Positions 20,263 to 29,199 of a DNA stretch of 63,717 nt are shown one piece after another. The DNA is from Candidatus Thorarchaeota archaeon (GTDB lineage Archaea > Asgardarchaeota > Thorarchaeia > Thorarchaeales > Thorarchaeaceae), in NCBI GenBank assembly GCA_048884965.1, contig JBHLQH010000020.1:1-63717 (forward strand). The letters run 5' to 3'. Below the pieces are notes generated by a model, which searched no databases, was not told the origin of the DNA, and worked only from the letters and a program-made list of their open reading frames with translations. A program made the position numbers and the translations under genes. Position 1 is the stretch's first letter. Each line of letters begins with the position of its first letter.

Positions 20263-20937
20263 ATGCTCAAGTATCAATCCGAACGGATGTGCTACATAAT
20301 GAGTGCTGACAAGGTAGGATATGTTATCTATCTACGAAATGGACCGATAATCATCTCAAAGGTAAGATATTCGGATTGGCATGCGATTCAGGAGGACTTC
20401 GACCACTACATGACCTCTCTCGGGCCATGGACAGGAGATGAAATTGTTTCATACTTTGAGGCCGAGTATCCGGAGAAAGCTTCTTGGGTATTCTCCAGAC
20501 AACAGATTTTGGATTTCATGGATTCAAATCATCATGTTCTCATCGAAGAGAATGTGGGCCTTCTAGACCTAAAAGGAAAGAGTACAACAGCTCTTCAGTT
20601 CAATGCCTACATCAATAATCACGATCTCAAGGGTCTTTCCTTGCTTCTGACAGATGACCATACATTCATTGACTCATCGAATGAGGTGCACCAGGGCAAG
20701 GAAGTGATGGTTGAGAGCTGGCGCGACTTCTTCTCGTCCTATCCTGATTACCAGAATATCTTCGACCACGTGACAATTCATAATGGTTTGACAGTCATGA
20801 TAGGGCAATCACGCTGCACCTATGCTCCCCTCAATGGACCTGCTATTTGGACCGCAAAGATTCGAGAAGGACTTCTCTCAGAATGGCGGGTCTATCTGGA
20901 TACCTCTGAGAATCGATTGAAGTTGGGTATTGGATAG
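20263..20937 (+). CDS. Unknown N-terminal domain fused to SnoaL/NTF2-like domain
   Basis: C-half FNAYINNHDLKGL...DDHTFIDS...W..FF...PDY...AIWTAKIREG...EWRVY; alternative ATG at 20299. Confidence 0.75.
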   Translation: MLKYQSERMCYIMSADKVGYVIYLRNGPIIISKVRYSDWHAIQEDFDHYMTSLGPWTGDEIVSYFEAEYPEKASWVFSRQQILDFMDSNHHVLIEENVGLLDLKGKSTTALQFNAYINNHDLKGLSLLLTDDHTFIDSSNEVHQGKEVMVESWRDFFSSYPDYQNIFDHVTIHNGLTVMIGQSRCTYAPLNGPAIWTAKIREGLLSEWRVYLDTSENRLKLGIG

Positions 20938-21034
20938 AATCGATTTGATGCAACTCTATGTACCATATTGTGCATAGCCTTGCGGTTGGCCCTTATTATA
21001 TAGCCCTTCAAGGTCTAGTTTGTCATGAGATAGA

Positions 21035-22681
21035 ATGGTATCTGTATGGCATGCGATTGCAAAAGCTGAGTTCTTGGTCTGGTCCTCCAGATTTCGACGA
21101 TTCCGATTTGTTGTTCTACCCATCATCTACATGGCTGTATTTGGATGGGCACTGTTCATTGCTCCGATTGTCATGAACTTCATTGTGACGAGCTTCCTTG
21201 GTGAGGCGGAAATGCTTCTCAGCATAGTCTATCCCGGTCTGCTTCGGTCAGCTATGTTATTTCTCTTCATGCTTGTGATGATTGGACCAATATCCAATTC
21301 TCTTGAAGAGATAAAGATCGGACAATGGGAGATATTACTGAGCAATAATGTGAGAACACGTGACATCTTGCTTGGCACCTATCTAGCAAAGATTCCCGTA
21401 TTTGGTCTACTCGTGTTCATTCTCGCTCCGGTAATCATAAGTCCTTTCGCCATTATCTATGAGGTTTCGATTATTGGGCAGTTCATGATGTATCTGATAG
21501 TTCTCGCTTTTGCTCTTGTCACATTATGGATATCCAATATCCTTGGTACGATGATACAGGCAAAACTGGGCGACTCACCACGCGGAAATGACATTGCCAA
21601 AGGGTTTAGTTGGCTGATGATCATCTTCATTGCCATTCCGGGAATGGCATTACTGTACTTCATGGATTCATTTGCCGCTACCATGAGTATCGAGCTCGCC
21701 CTCTTTCTACCCTCCACCTGGGGTGCGGATCTTTTGACTTGGGCTTCGCTCCTTTGCAGCGAAGCATATATTCCCGCTTCAACATTACTCAATTTTGAGA
21801 GTATCTTGTGTTTCTCTCCTCTAGTGACTCTTGGCATATTCGTAGTCTTTTCACTCAGTGTTGTGTATCTTGGTTTACAGGCAGGTGACAGGCTTTTCGT
21901 AATTGGCGCCGGTGCAAGGACAGAGCGAGTAGTAACAATAAAGAAAGAGAACATCATCTATAGGGGTCTACGAAGAATCCTACCTCGGAGTTTTGGTATC
22001 ATCGTTTTGACCTCATTAAAGGACTTCACACGAAAGATGCAGAATGTGTCCAAGCTCATCTATGCGATGTTTCTAACTATTGTGATTCCAATTCTTATGT
22101 CGTCTGGTGTTATCGGTCCTGAAATCAATGACCCGAATTTCATCCCCATCTTGTCAATCGTAACATCATCTCTTATGCTTGGGATTTTTTCCGGAATCAC
22201 TTTTGGAGGAGTAGGCTTTATGGATTCGCAGGACCAACTCTGGATTCTAAAGGGCACACCAAATGGCGATCTTCGTTTCATCGCTGGCAGGGTCTTCTCC
22301 TATATCCTCTTTGCATTGCCAATAGCCTTTATCCCATCGACTACGTCATGGCTTATCCTTGGTCATGATACACAGGTCTACCTTCTCATGTTCCTGAACA
22401 TCTTTCTCGTCATTGTCGCCTCAGTCTTTGTTGGCATCGGTGTGACCGCTTTCAACCCCAGCTATGATGATACCAAGAGTGGAGCATTCACTATCAATAC
22501 TATAGTCACCATCTTGATACTACTCATTACAATGATGGTCAGTTTGATTATTGGCATGCGAACCATCTTTGCTGAGGTGAATCTCATCGTTGCTATTGTC
22601 CTTTGCAGTATTCCTGTGCCAATCATTGGAGTAATCATCTTGGCAATTGGATCCATTAGGATGTACCTTCGGGATGGGTGA
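21035..22681 (+). CDS. ABC-2-type exporter permease (double-length)
   Basis: About 12 TM; EEIKIGQWEILLSN motif; paralog of the permease that follows the ABC ATPase at 46757. Confidence 0.75.
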   Translation: MVSVWHAIAKAEFLVWSSRFRRFRFVVLPIIYMAVFGWALFIAPIVMNFIVTSFLGEAEMLLSIVYPGLLRSAMLFLFMLVMIGPISNSLEEIKIGQWEILLSNNVRTRDILLGTYLAKIPVFGLLVFILAPVIISPFAIIYEVSIIGQFMMYLIVLAFALVTLWISNILGTMIQAKLGDSPRGNDIAKGFSWLMIIFIAIPGMALLYFMDSFAATMSIELALFLPSTWGADLLTWASLLCSEAYIPASTLLNFESILCFSPLVTLGIFVVFSLSVVYLGLQAGDRLFVIGAGARTERVVTIKKENIIYRGLRRILPRSFGIIVLTSLKDFTRKMQNVSKLIYAMFLTIVIPILMSSGVIGPEINDPNFIPILSIVTSSLMLGIFSGITFGGVGFMDSQDQLWILKGTPNGDLRFIAGRVFSYILFALPIAFIPSTTSWLILGHDTQVYLLMFLNIFLVIVASVFVGIGVTAFNPSYDDTKSGAFTINTIVTILILLITMMVSLIIGMRTIFAEVNLIVAIVLCSIPVPIIGVIILAIGSIRMYLRDG

Positions 22682-22732
22682 GAAGAAAGATTCAAAGGAG
22701 TCGGTTTGAATAGGTGATGAAAGAGGTCGACT

Positions 22733-22948
22733 GTGATGACCTGCTATTTCCGTCATTTGAAAGAACTATTCGAGAAAGCTGGGGTAGTAGTCACAAAGGA
22801 GAACAAGAGCGAAATTGACCGTATTATCCATGAGATGGTCGGTTTCGCCTACAAGGATTGTTCAAGCACTTGGAGGGCTGTTAAAGCACGACTAGCTGAG
22901 GACGAAGAGTCATTCATTCAAGATTTGAAGAAGAGCATGAGTACATAG
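22733..22948 (+). CDS. Small hypothetical protein
   Basis: 71-aa helical ORF (TCYFRHLKELF...CSSTWRAVK) with GAGG upstream. Confidence 0.65.
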   Translation: MMTCYFRHLKELFEKAGVVVTKENKSEIDRIIHEMVGFAYKDCSSTWRAVKARLAEDEESFIQDLKKSMST

Positions 22949-23014
22949 CTACATCTCATCAACAAACTTGCGGAGTTAAGTCTGCTTATTAGCGGTGCAG
23001 ATAGCCCCTCCGAT

Positions 23015-23593
23015 ATGTCAATCCGAAAGCTTGTTGGTGAAAGATGCTACCTTGCTCCAATCAGTAGCCTATCAGTCGAAGCGTATGCCAAATGGGACAA
23101 TGACTTGGAAGTTGCCATTCCCCTTGGCGATGAGGCTTACCTTTCCACAACTGTAGAGAGCTTGCGAAATGACCTTCAGGGAGTCTTTAGCAAGAAATCG
23201 CACATCTATGATATTGTGACGCTAGAGGATGACCTGATCATCGGCAGATGTATGTTCTTCAACATCAATCCCACTGACAGAACTGCCTACATAGGAATCG
23301 TCATTGGTGAGAAGGACTACTGGAATAAGGGCTACGGAGCAGAGGCATTGCAGTTGCTACTCGAGTACGGTTTTAACCTACTCAACTTCCATAATGTGAC
23401 ATTGGGCGTATTCTCCTACAATAAGCGCGCCATCAGATGTTATGAGAAGGTGGGGTTCAAGACTATAGGTCGCAAGCGAGAGGTTCGCATCATTGGCGAG
23501 AGGAAGTATGATCTTATCTACATGGACATGCTCGCGCATGAACTTGAAGTCAAATATCTGAAGAGCCTTCTGGATGAGTTGGATTCGGAGTGA
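23015..23593 (+). CDS. RimJ/RimL-type GNAT acetyltransferase
   Basis: IGEKDYWNKGYG, N.RAIRCYEKVGF. Confidence 0.9.
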   Translation: MSIRKLVGERCYLAPISSLSVEAYAKWDNDLEVAIPLGDEAYLSTTVESLRNDLQGVFSKKSHIYDIVTLEDDLIIGRCMFFNINPTDRTAYIGIVIGEKDYWNKGYGAEALQLLLEYGFNLLNFHNVTLGVFSYNKRAIRCYEKVGFKTIGRKREVRIIGERKYDLIYMDMLAHELEVKYLKSLLDELDSE

Positions 23594-23600
23594 CGAATCA

Positions 23601-24428
23601 TTAATACACTCTATTCTTTTCAAACCAAGTGATTGCGAAAGGAATCATCTCTCTCATGGAGAACAAACGTGTTTCAGCTTGACCAACAATGACAGGCGAA
23701 TAGCTGATTTTCTTCTCGTATGATGCACCTAAAAGATGAAAGTCATCTGAGTCATAGTCAATCTCTTCCCACGTCTTCCAAATCCTCTTCCCGTTCACCA
23801 TCATTGCTGTCCCTTGGCTTTTTTTCGGGAAATTAGGAATATTCGCACTGAATTCCGCAAAGTGAAGGGCTGTATTATTCGAGTGACCTACCCCTACCAG
23901 AAGCACTTTGGCGTCCAGATGATACATCTTCTCTAAGGGACTTCCCTTTCCAAAAGGAAGTTCAAGATAATGTTCTTCGACGATATCTGCTGCATGCTTT
24001 CCCCATGCAGCGAATGGAGTCTGTGGATGAGGGCTTCGTAGCACTCCCGGGTAGGAACGAAAGAGTTCTGGGATTCGTCCGAGTCTGGTTGTGGGAGTTT
24101 TGAGAGGGTCATATATTGGAGCCTCATCGCGGATTGTTTGCCACCATGATTCTGGTACTGGCGGATAATTCCAGTTAGCCGGATCTCCAGGAATGGGCGT
24201 CTGAGAGGGCATAACCAATGTTCCCTCCTCTGTAAGGACTTCCATCAAAGCTTCTATGACTGACATCTCTCTTCCCACAATCCATCCGATTTTGCTCATT
24301 GCGAAATGGGAGATGACTGTGTTCCCTGGCCCAAGTCCTATTTTCTTGAAATCATCAACGAGTCTGGTCTTGGTGATCGGCTCCTTTGTGCGATCCACTA
24401 CTAGCTTTTCCTTTTCCCAAGTTTCCAT
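23601..24428 (-). CDS. AAC(3)/YokD family N-acetyltransferase
   Basis: GTLVMP, GRIPELFR, RSPHP, NTALHFAE. Confidence 0.9.
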   Translation of the reverse strand: METWEKEKLVVDRTKEPITKTRLVDDFKKIGLGPGNTVISHFAMSKIGWIVGREMSVIEALMEVLTEEGTLVMPSQTPIPGDPANWNYPPVPESWWQTIRDEAPIYDPLKTPTTRLGRIPELFRSYPGVLRSPHPQTPFAAWGKHAADIVEEHYLELPFGKGSPLEKMYHLDAKVLLVGVGHSNNTALHFAEFSANIPNFPKKSQGTAMMVNGKRIWKTWEEIDYDSDDFHLLGASYEKKISYSPVIVGQAETRLFSMREMIPFAITWFEKNRVY

Positions 24429-24504
24429 TAGTACAGCACCCTAGTATCACATCAAATGTGGATGCGGGAGTTTGTTCTCTTGATAAGTGCTATCAAGGAC
24501 GCTA

Positions 24505-24536
24505 GAAAAATAGTGAAGGAGGGGGCTACCCCCCTC
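24505..24536 (-). terminator. Hairpin plus U-tract terminator of the oxidoreductase gene
   Basis: GAGGGGG/CCCCCTC stem (24519-24536); the minus strand continues cttcactattttt. Confidence 0.7.
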
Positions 24537-24555
24537 TAGACTAGCAGCATCTCAA

Positions 24556-25668
24556 TTACATGAGATCTGTTACAATTTTGTCCGACCACTTTTGAGCAGC
24601 AATCGCATCTCTGTAATCGAATCCTGCTTTCTCCTTCCCAAGACAAGCATGTACGAAGTGTTGGATGAGTTGCTGATGACCCCAGATCTTTGGACCTTTG
24701 CCTTCTACTTGCCAGTTCTCTTTGTCGTCACCCTTGCCAAATAGAGTAACATCAAAGACCTCGCGGTTTGTCTTTGGAATCCAGTCAACAAGGATTGTCT
24801 TACCATTGTTCCCATATATCTCGAATCTGCTAAGATCCAGACCCTTTGCAACAGTTGACCCGACCATTGATGTACCGACAACACCATTGGCAAACCTTAT
24901 GATCCCTACAGTCTGATATCCCTTGAAGTCATTGATTCCCTCAATGGGCATGTAGTTTGCAGTCCAACGCATTTCCTCGATCTCAGTGTTGAAGAACCAT
25001 CTGAACATGTCCAATGACCATACTGACAATGTATAGTCTGGATACCCACCTGCCTTTTCAATGTCCCAAGCCCATCCGCTTAATGGCCATTGGTCTGCCA
25101 AGTCTTCCGCGGCAATGAATTCCCTGAAGGTGATTGCTATTGGTTTTCCAATCGCTCCACTATCAACAAGCTCCTTTGCCTTCACATAGCCTGGACAGTG
25201 TCTGAAGTTCAAAATGGGCATGAGCACCACACCCTTCTTCTCCGCGATTTTGCCTAGCTCCTCCGCATCCTTGAGTTTCGGTGCAATGGGCATCTCGAGA
25301 TATACGTTCTTCCCATGCTCAAGCGCTTCCTTGGCCATTGGATAATGGAATGGCGTTGGTGTAGCAACACAAACCGCATCGACATCAGGATCCTTACAGA
25401 CATCACTCCAATCATAGTAAATCTTGAATGGAAGTTTGTATTTGGTATCGAATTTCTCCTTGAGTTCCAGCGCATATTTCTCGCTTTCTCTACCTTTTCG
25501 TGCTAAGACTCCCCATAACTGGGAGTTATCCACTTTTCTGAAGGATGGAACATGTGCAGCCCCTCCAACAAAGCCAACTCCTGCGCAAACTGTTTTGAGT
25601 TCCTCAGTCATTTCTTGCTCTCTCCTGTATTTCAAGTAAAATCGGATTGCTTCACAATTCCTGAACAC
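24556..25668 (-). CDS. Gfo/Idh/MocA family NAD(P)-dependent oxidoreductase
   Basis: GVGFVG..H, DAVCVATPTPFH, GKNVYLEMP; likely true start at MTEELK. Confidence 0.88.
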   Translation of the reverse strand: MFRNCEAIRFYLKYRREQEMTEELKTVCAGVGFVGGAAHVPSFRKVDNSQLWGVLARKGRESEKYALELKEKFDTKYKLPFKIYYDWSDVCKDPDVDAVCVATPTPFHYPMAKEALEHGKNVYLEMPIAPKLKDAEELGKIAEKKGVVLMPILNFRHCPGYVKAKELVDSGAIGKPIAITFREFIAAEDLADQWPLSGWAWDIEKAGGYPDYTLSVWSLDMFRWFFNTEIEEMRWTANYMPIEGINDFKGYQTVGIIRFANGVVGTSMVGSTVAKGLDLSRFEIYGNNGKTILVDWIPKTNREVFDVTLFGKGDDKENWQVEGKGPKIWGHQQLIQHFVHACLGKEKAGFDYRDAIAAQKWSDKIVTDLM

Positions 25669-25758
25669 ACACAGTGACGCTCAAAACTGCTCACACAATC
25701 TCTGATTTTTTGATTACTGTATGTGCGGTTACCACCTTTTAAGGGCTAGGGCTATTTT

Positions 25759-25771
25759 GGAAACGTACAAA
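25759..25771. promoter_or_regulatory. Conserved intergenic motif GGAAACGTACAAA (copy 1)
   Basis: An identical 13-mer occurs at 34439-34451 upstream of cdhA. Confidence 0.45.
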
Positions 25772-25857
25772 TCATTAGAGAATAGTATCAAAAACGCACA
25801 CGCTCTTTTCGATAGATTTTCTCTCTTTTCTTCTCATATGCACATTAATCTACGGTA

Positions 25858-26517
25858 CTACAATGAAGCTTTCAATGCTCTGCTCGCAAGAAACCAGCTA
25901 ATGTCACCTAGCATCTCATGCGGCAGATAGAATATCGAGTTCTTATCAAATAACATCCGAACGCTTGCAGGGAACTCTTCGTCCGCCTCCTCGAAGACTA
26001 CTAGCACTCTGACCATGGGGAGAAATGCAACTTCAAACGCAGCATCTCCGTAATCTGCTCTCTTTGCTCCAAGCTGTTCGAAGGCAGCGAATAGCTTCTC
26101 TCGTTTCTCCATGAATGCTGAGAGAAGTGCGTTTAGGTTCTCTTCATCAAATGAATATCTGCATGCCCAGGAGCCTCTAAGCGTATTGAATTTCACCCAC
26201 TCATTTCCTATCCCTTCATCCTTTGCTTTGCTATAGTAGAATAGGTGTGGGACGATTCGGCTTGGAGCTGTCTTTGTATTCGAGATGGTATCGATGGTTT
26301 CCCCTGTGCTAAGATCCATCTGTATTCCAAAGATATCGATATGATCATTGCCTACTCCTAATCTATTCCTGAGACTTTGGATATCCTCTTGAAAATTCTG
26401 CCAACTCCACATCTCTGAGCTAGTATCAAACTGCTCTATGTTGTATTTGTGAGCCAGCTCTCGAGCAAGGCTCATCCAATATTCTAGAATATCATCCGGC
26501 ATTGCAAATCGGTACAA
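25858..26517 (-). CDS. DUF3786 domain protein
   Basis: EWVKFNTL.G, GDAAF...LP.V...EADEEFPASVRMLFD. Confidence 0.8.
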   Translation of the reverse strand: MYRFAMPDDILEYWMSLARELAHKYNIEQFDTSSEMWSWQNFQEDIQSLRNRLGVGNDHIDIFGIQMDLSTGETIDTISNTKTAPSRIVPHLFYYSKAKDEGIGNEWVKFNTLRGSWACRYSFDEENLNALLSAFMEKREKLFAAFEQLGAKRADYGDAAFEVAFLPMVRVLVVFEEADEEFPASVRMLFDKNSIFYLPHEMLGDISWFLASRALKASL

Positions 26518-26557
26518 ACTCTCTCTTGATGCCTAAAGGTCTTTGCAAATGGTACAA

Positions 26558-27352
26558 CTAATCGTTCTTTTCTGGAGCGGATCTACAATCCTCAATGCCA
26601 GTCGCTTCGCAAACTGCATATCGTGCTTGATACCCTGCAATGTGCAGCAGTGCATCGCCCACCTCTCTGTCCTTTGCCATTGATGCCGTACAGGGGTAGG
26701 TGTGGTGAGCTTTTGAAATCAACTCGAATAGCTCATCAGTGTCCGAAATAGACTTCCCGCGAATTCTTTGACTCACATACCACGTACAGCCACATGGTGC
26801 AGAACGCTTTGGTCCTATCTCCGAGATCACATCTTTATTCATATCCACATAGTGGATTGGTCGTCCCACCTTGTACTTTGTTATGAACTCATCAATTAGC
26901 TTACCTTCTCCTAGTTCCAAGGTACAGAAGGGTTTTGGAAATGCCGATTCAATGCCAATATTATCTAGGGTTTCCTTGACTTGAGCCCGTAGCCCTGGGG
27001 GAATCCATGTAGGGTCTTCAATGGGAGCTAAGACCGCCTTTGCACCTGTTTCTTTAACAATTAGATCGATTGATGCCAGAATGTCATGATGGATGGCTAC
27101 GACCAGCAACAGGTCACATTCCATGAGTCCAATCTCTTTGATGTACTTCTCAGGGTCCTCAATCATCGTTGGCGCAGGAGGGTCCACTGGATGGATTCCG
27201 ACGATATCTCCTACGTAGGAGCCATATCCTGCTCTGCATTCTGAACAACTTGGCTCGCATCCCTGACAGAAAGTGCGGAAGTTGATCAGGTTTCCAATCA
27301 CACGTTCTGCGAAGACATCTCCGTATATCGTTGCAATCCTCATCTTTGACAC
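26558..27352 (-). CDS. DUF166 family protein
   Basis: FPKPFCTL, RSAPCGCTW, HHTYPCTASM, LHIAG. Confidence 0.75.
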   Translation of the reverse strand: MSKMRIATIYGDVFAERVIGNLINFRTFCQGCEPSCSECRAGYGSYVGDIVGIHPVDPPAPTMIEDPEKYIKEIGLMECDLLLVVAIHHDILASIDLIVKETGAKAVLAPIEDPTWIPPGLRAQVKETLDNIGIESAFPKPFCTLELGEGKLIDEFITKYKVGRPIHYVDMNKDVISEIGPKRSAPCGCTWYVSQRIRGKSISDTDELFELISKAHHTYPCTASMAKDREVGDALLHIAGYQARYAVCEATGIEDCRSAPEKND

Positions 27353-27473
27353 CTATGAAGTATCAACCATCCTCTTTCTTGATACAAAAGTATGATGTTT
27401 GCGGCTCGATTCAGGGACGTAACGGAAATGTAATAACCAATACAATGGATTGCCTTGATTTGAGAGATGCATA

Positions 27474-27872
27474 ATGGCACTAGGTGATCTCCTCTTTCCG
27501 AACATAGAGATGAAGCTCGTGATATCCCATGCCTTCCATGCGGATGTGGAATCTGTCAAGGACAAGTTGTCGGAAGAGTACAAAGATGCAGCTGCACAGG
27601 TCCAACTCAGCAAAGCTGACATGCAAAAATTAGGTCTTAAGCCAGATTCGACTGTAAGCATCCAATCGAAAACTGGCAATGTTGTTGTCCATGCCATTTT
27701 AAGCGAGAAAGGCAAGAATGGAATAGCAGTTATGACTCGTGGTCCATGGGCATTAGCGCTTGTAGCTACACCTCGCGATGGGAATCCGCCACAATATCAT
27801 GGAATCCCTGTGACGATCACGCGTAGTTCTGAGAAAGTCACTCCTCTTCTTGATCTTCTTCAGGATTCTTGA
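27474..27872 (+). CDS. fwdD: FwdD/FmdD-like molybdopterin-dinucleotide-binding subunit (degenerate)
   Basis: EEY.DAAA....S..DM..LGL....V...S..G.VVV...GPWA...G.P.Y.GIPV; lacks the N-terminal TGR motif. Confidence 0.75.
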   Translation: MALGDLLFPNIEMKLVISHAFHADVESVKDKLSEEYKDAAAQVQLSKADMQKLGLKPDSTVSIQSKTGNVVVHAILSEKGKNGIAVMTRGPWALALVATPRDGNPPQYHGIPVTITRSSEKVTPLLDLLQDS

Positions 27873-29199
27873 TTGCTTTGATAACCCGATCGACTCTCCC
27901 CCGCTCGATCTGTAGATGATATTTAGGCTTCTTTTTGAGGAGTTCTCTTAGGTTCTGTGCCGCCTTCATTGCAGCTTCTCTTTCTCCATCTATGGAATCC
28001 CATGCAATATCCTGTTTGATTCTCACAGGCTCTTTCATTGTCATATCAATGACGATATCCCGTTCGAATAACCCGCTAGGTGGTGGTGTTTTCCCTACCA
28101 CGGCATCAAAGATCTGTGTTCGTTTCTTCTCCCATTTCCTAGCTCGCTCTAGTTCTTCGACATTATACCCTTCTCTCTTTACTTCCAATACATCATATGG
28201 ACAAGAGATCTCACAAGCACCGCAGTAGATACAATGGTCGAGAATCTCTATCTTTTCAGCAGTTCCTGTGGGGTAGATTGCTTTCACAGGGCAGATATTG
28301 AAGCAATTGTTGCATCCGGTCGGATCACACTTGTCTAGTTGCTTGATGATGACCTCGCCTGAGAAGGGCTTGCTTACTTCAAGGGCATCGTAGGGACAAA
28401 CTTGCGCACATAACCCGCACTTGACGCAGAGGTAGTCATCACGCTTGAGCTTCCCTGATATCTGAGGTTGTTTTATCGTCCGAGGTCCTGATTCCATGCA
28501 ATGCACAGTTATTGCCTCATCAGGGCAAATATCTCCACACAAACCGCAGTAGTCACAGTGATCCTCATTCACTCTGATTCCTACGGCTGGGCGAAAGTTT
28601 GGTGGTTCTGCAGATTCGGACCAATAGATGGTGATTGCTTCAGGACATAGGAGTTCACAGAGACCACAGTAGGAGCATTTCTCTTCATCAATCTGAATCG
28701 TCCCTTTTGCGTACTCTTCACCCTGATAGATGACTAAGGTTTCCTTTCTATCAACATTGACCTCGACCTCAAGGGCATTGGTCGGGCATACCTTGGCACA
28801 AAGCACACAGGGTGCGCACTTCATCTCATCGATGTAGTGAGTACCTTCAATCCGCTGATACTTGTTGATGGCTCCTTCGCCTTCGTATGTTGCTTCAAAG
28901 GCTCTGAACACACAAGCAGAATCACACAAACCACAGAAGGTGCAGAGATCAGGGTCCACATTCACAAGAGGTGCCCCTTCGATTAGCCCGGAAGCGGTTT
29001 CCTTCACCGGTCCCATAGTGATAGCATCCCATGGGCATACCTGACAGATACCACAACCAACGCATTTAGCTATTTCATGATCGAGAGTCTTCTTGAGTAG
29101 AGAAGTACTCCAAGTGAACCTTATCTTTCCCTCTTCAACATCCATCGAGATAACCGGCTTCTCTCCTACCGAGACTCGGTATTTATCCGCCCTATCCAC
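27838..29199 (-). CDS. fwdF: Polyferredoxin FwdF (8 x 4Fe-4S motifs)
   Basis: Eight CxxCxxC-type ferredoxin motifs, including the FwdF-typical CDPTGCNNC and KPFSGE; fwd gene context. Confidence 0.8.
   Translation of the reverse strand: MDRADKYRVSVGEKPVISMDVEEGKIRFTWSTSLLKKTLDHEIAKCVGCGICQVCPWDAITMGPVKETASGLIEGAPLVNVDPDLCTFCGLCDSACVFRAFEATYEGEGAINKYQRIEGTHYIDEMKCAPCVLCAKVCPTNALEVEVNVDRKETLVIYQGEEYAKGTIQIDEEKCSYCGLCELLCPEAITIYWSESAEPPNFRPAVGIRVNEDHCDYCGLCGDICPDEAITVHCMESGPRTIKQPQISGKLKRDDYLCVKCGLCAQVCPYDALEVSKPFSGEVIIKQLDKCDPTGCNNCFNICPVKAIYPTGTAEKIEILDHCIYCGACEISCPYDVLEVKREGYNVEELERARKWEKKRTQIFDAVVGKTPPPSGLFERDIVIDMTMKEPVRIKQDIAWDSIDGEREAAMKAAQNLRELLKKKPKYHLQIERGRVDRVIKAIKNPEEDQEEE

Noticed and set aside
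22710-22765. Two GTGATGA boxes suggesting a C/D box sRNA
   Set aside because: No properly spaced CTGA D or D' boxes, and the second box is the start of the next ORF.
23601-24428. AAC(3) as an antibiotic resistance gene or mobile island
   Set aside because: YokD-like homologs are widespread and no mobility genes or flanking repeats are nearby.
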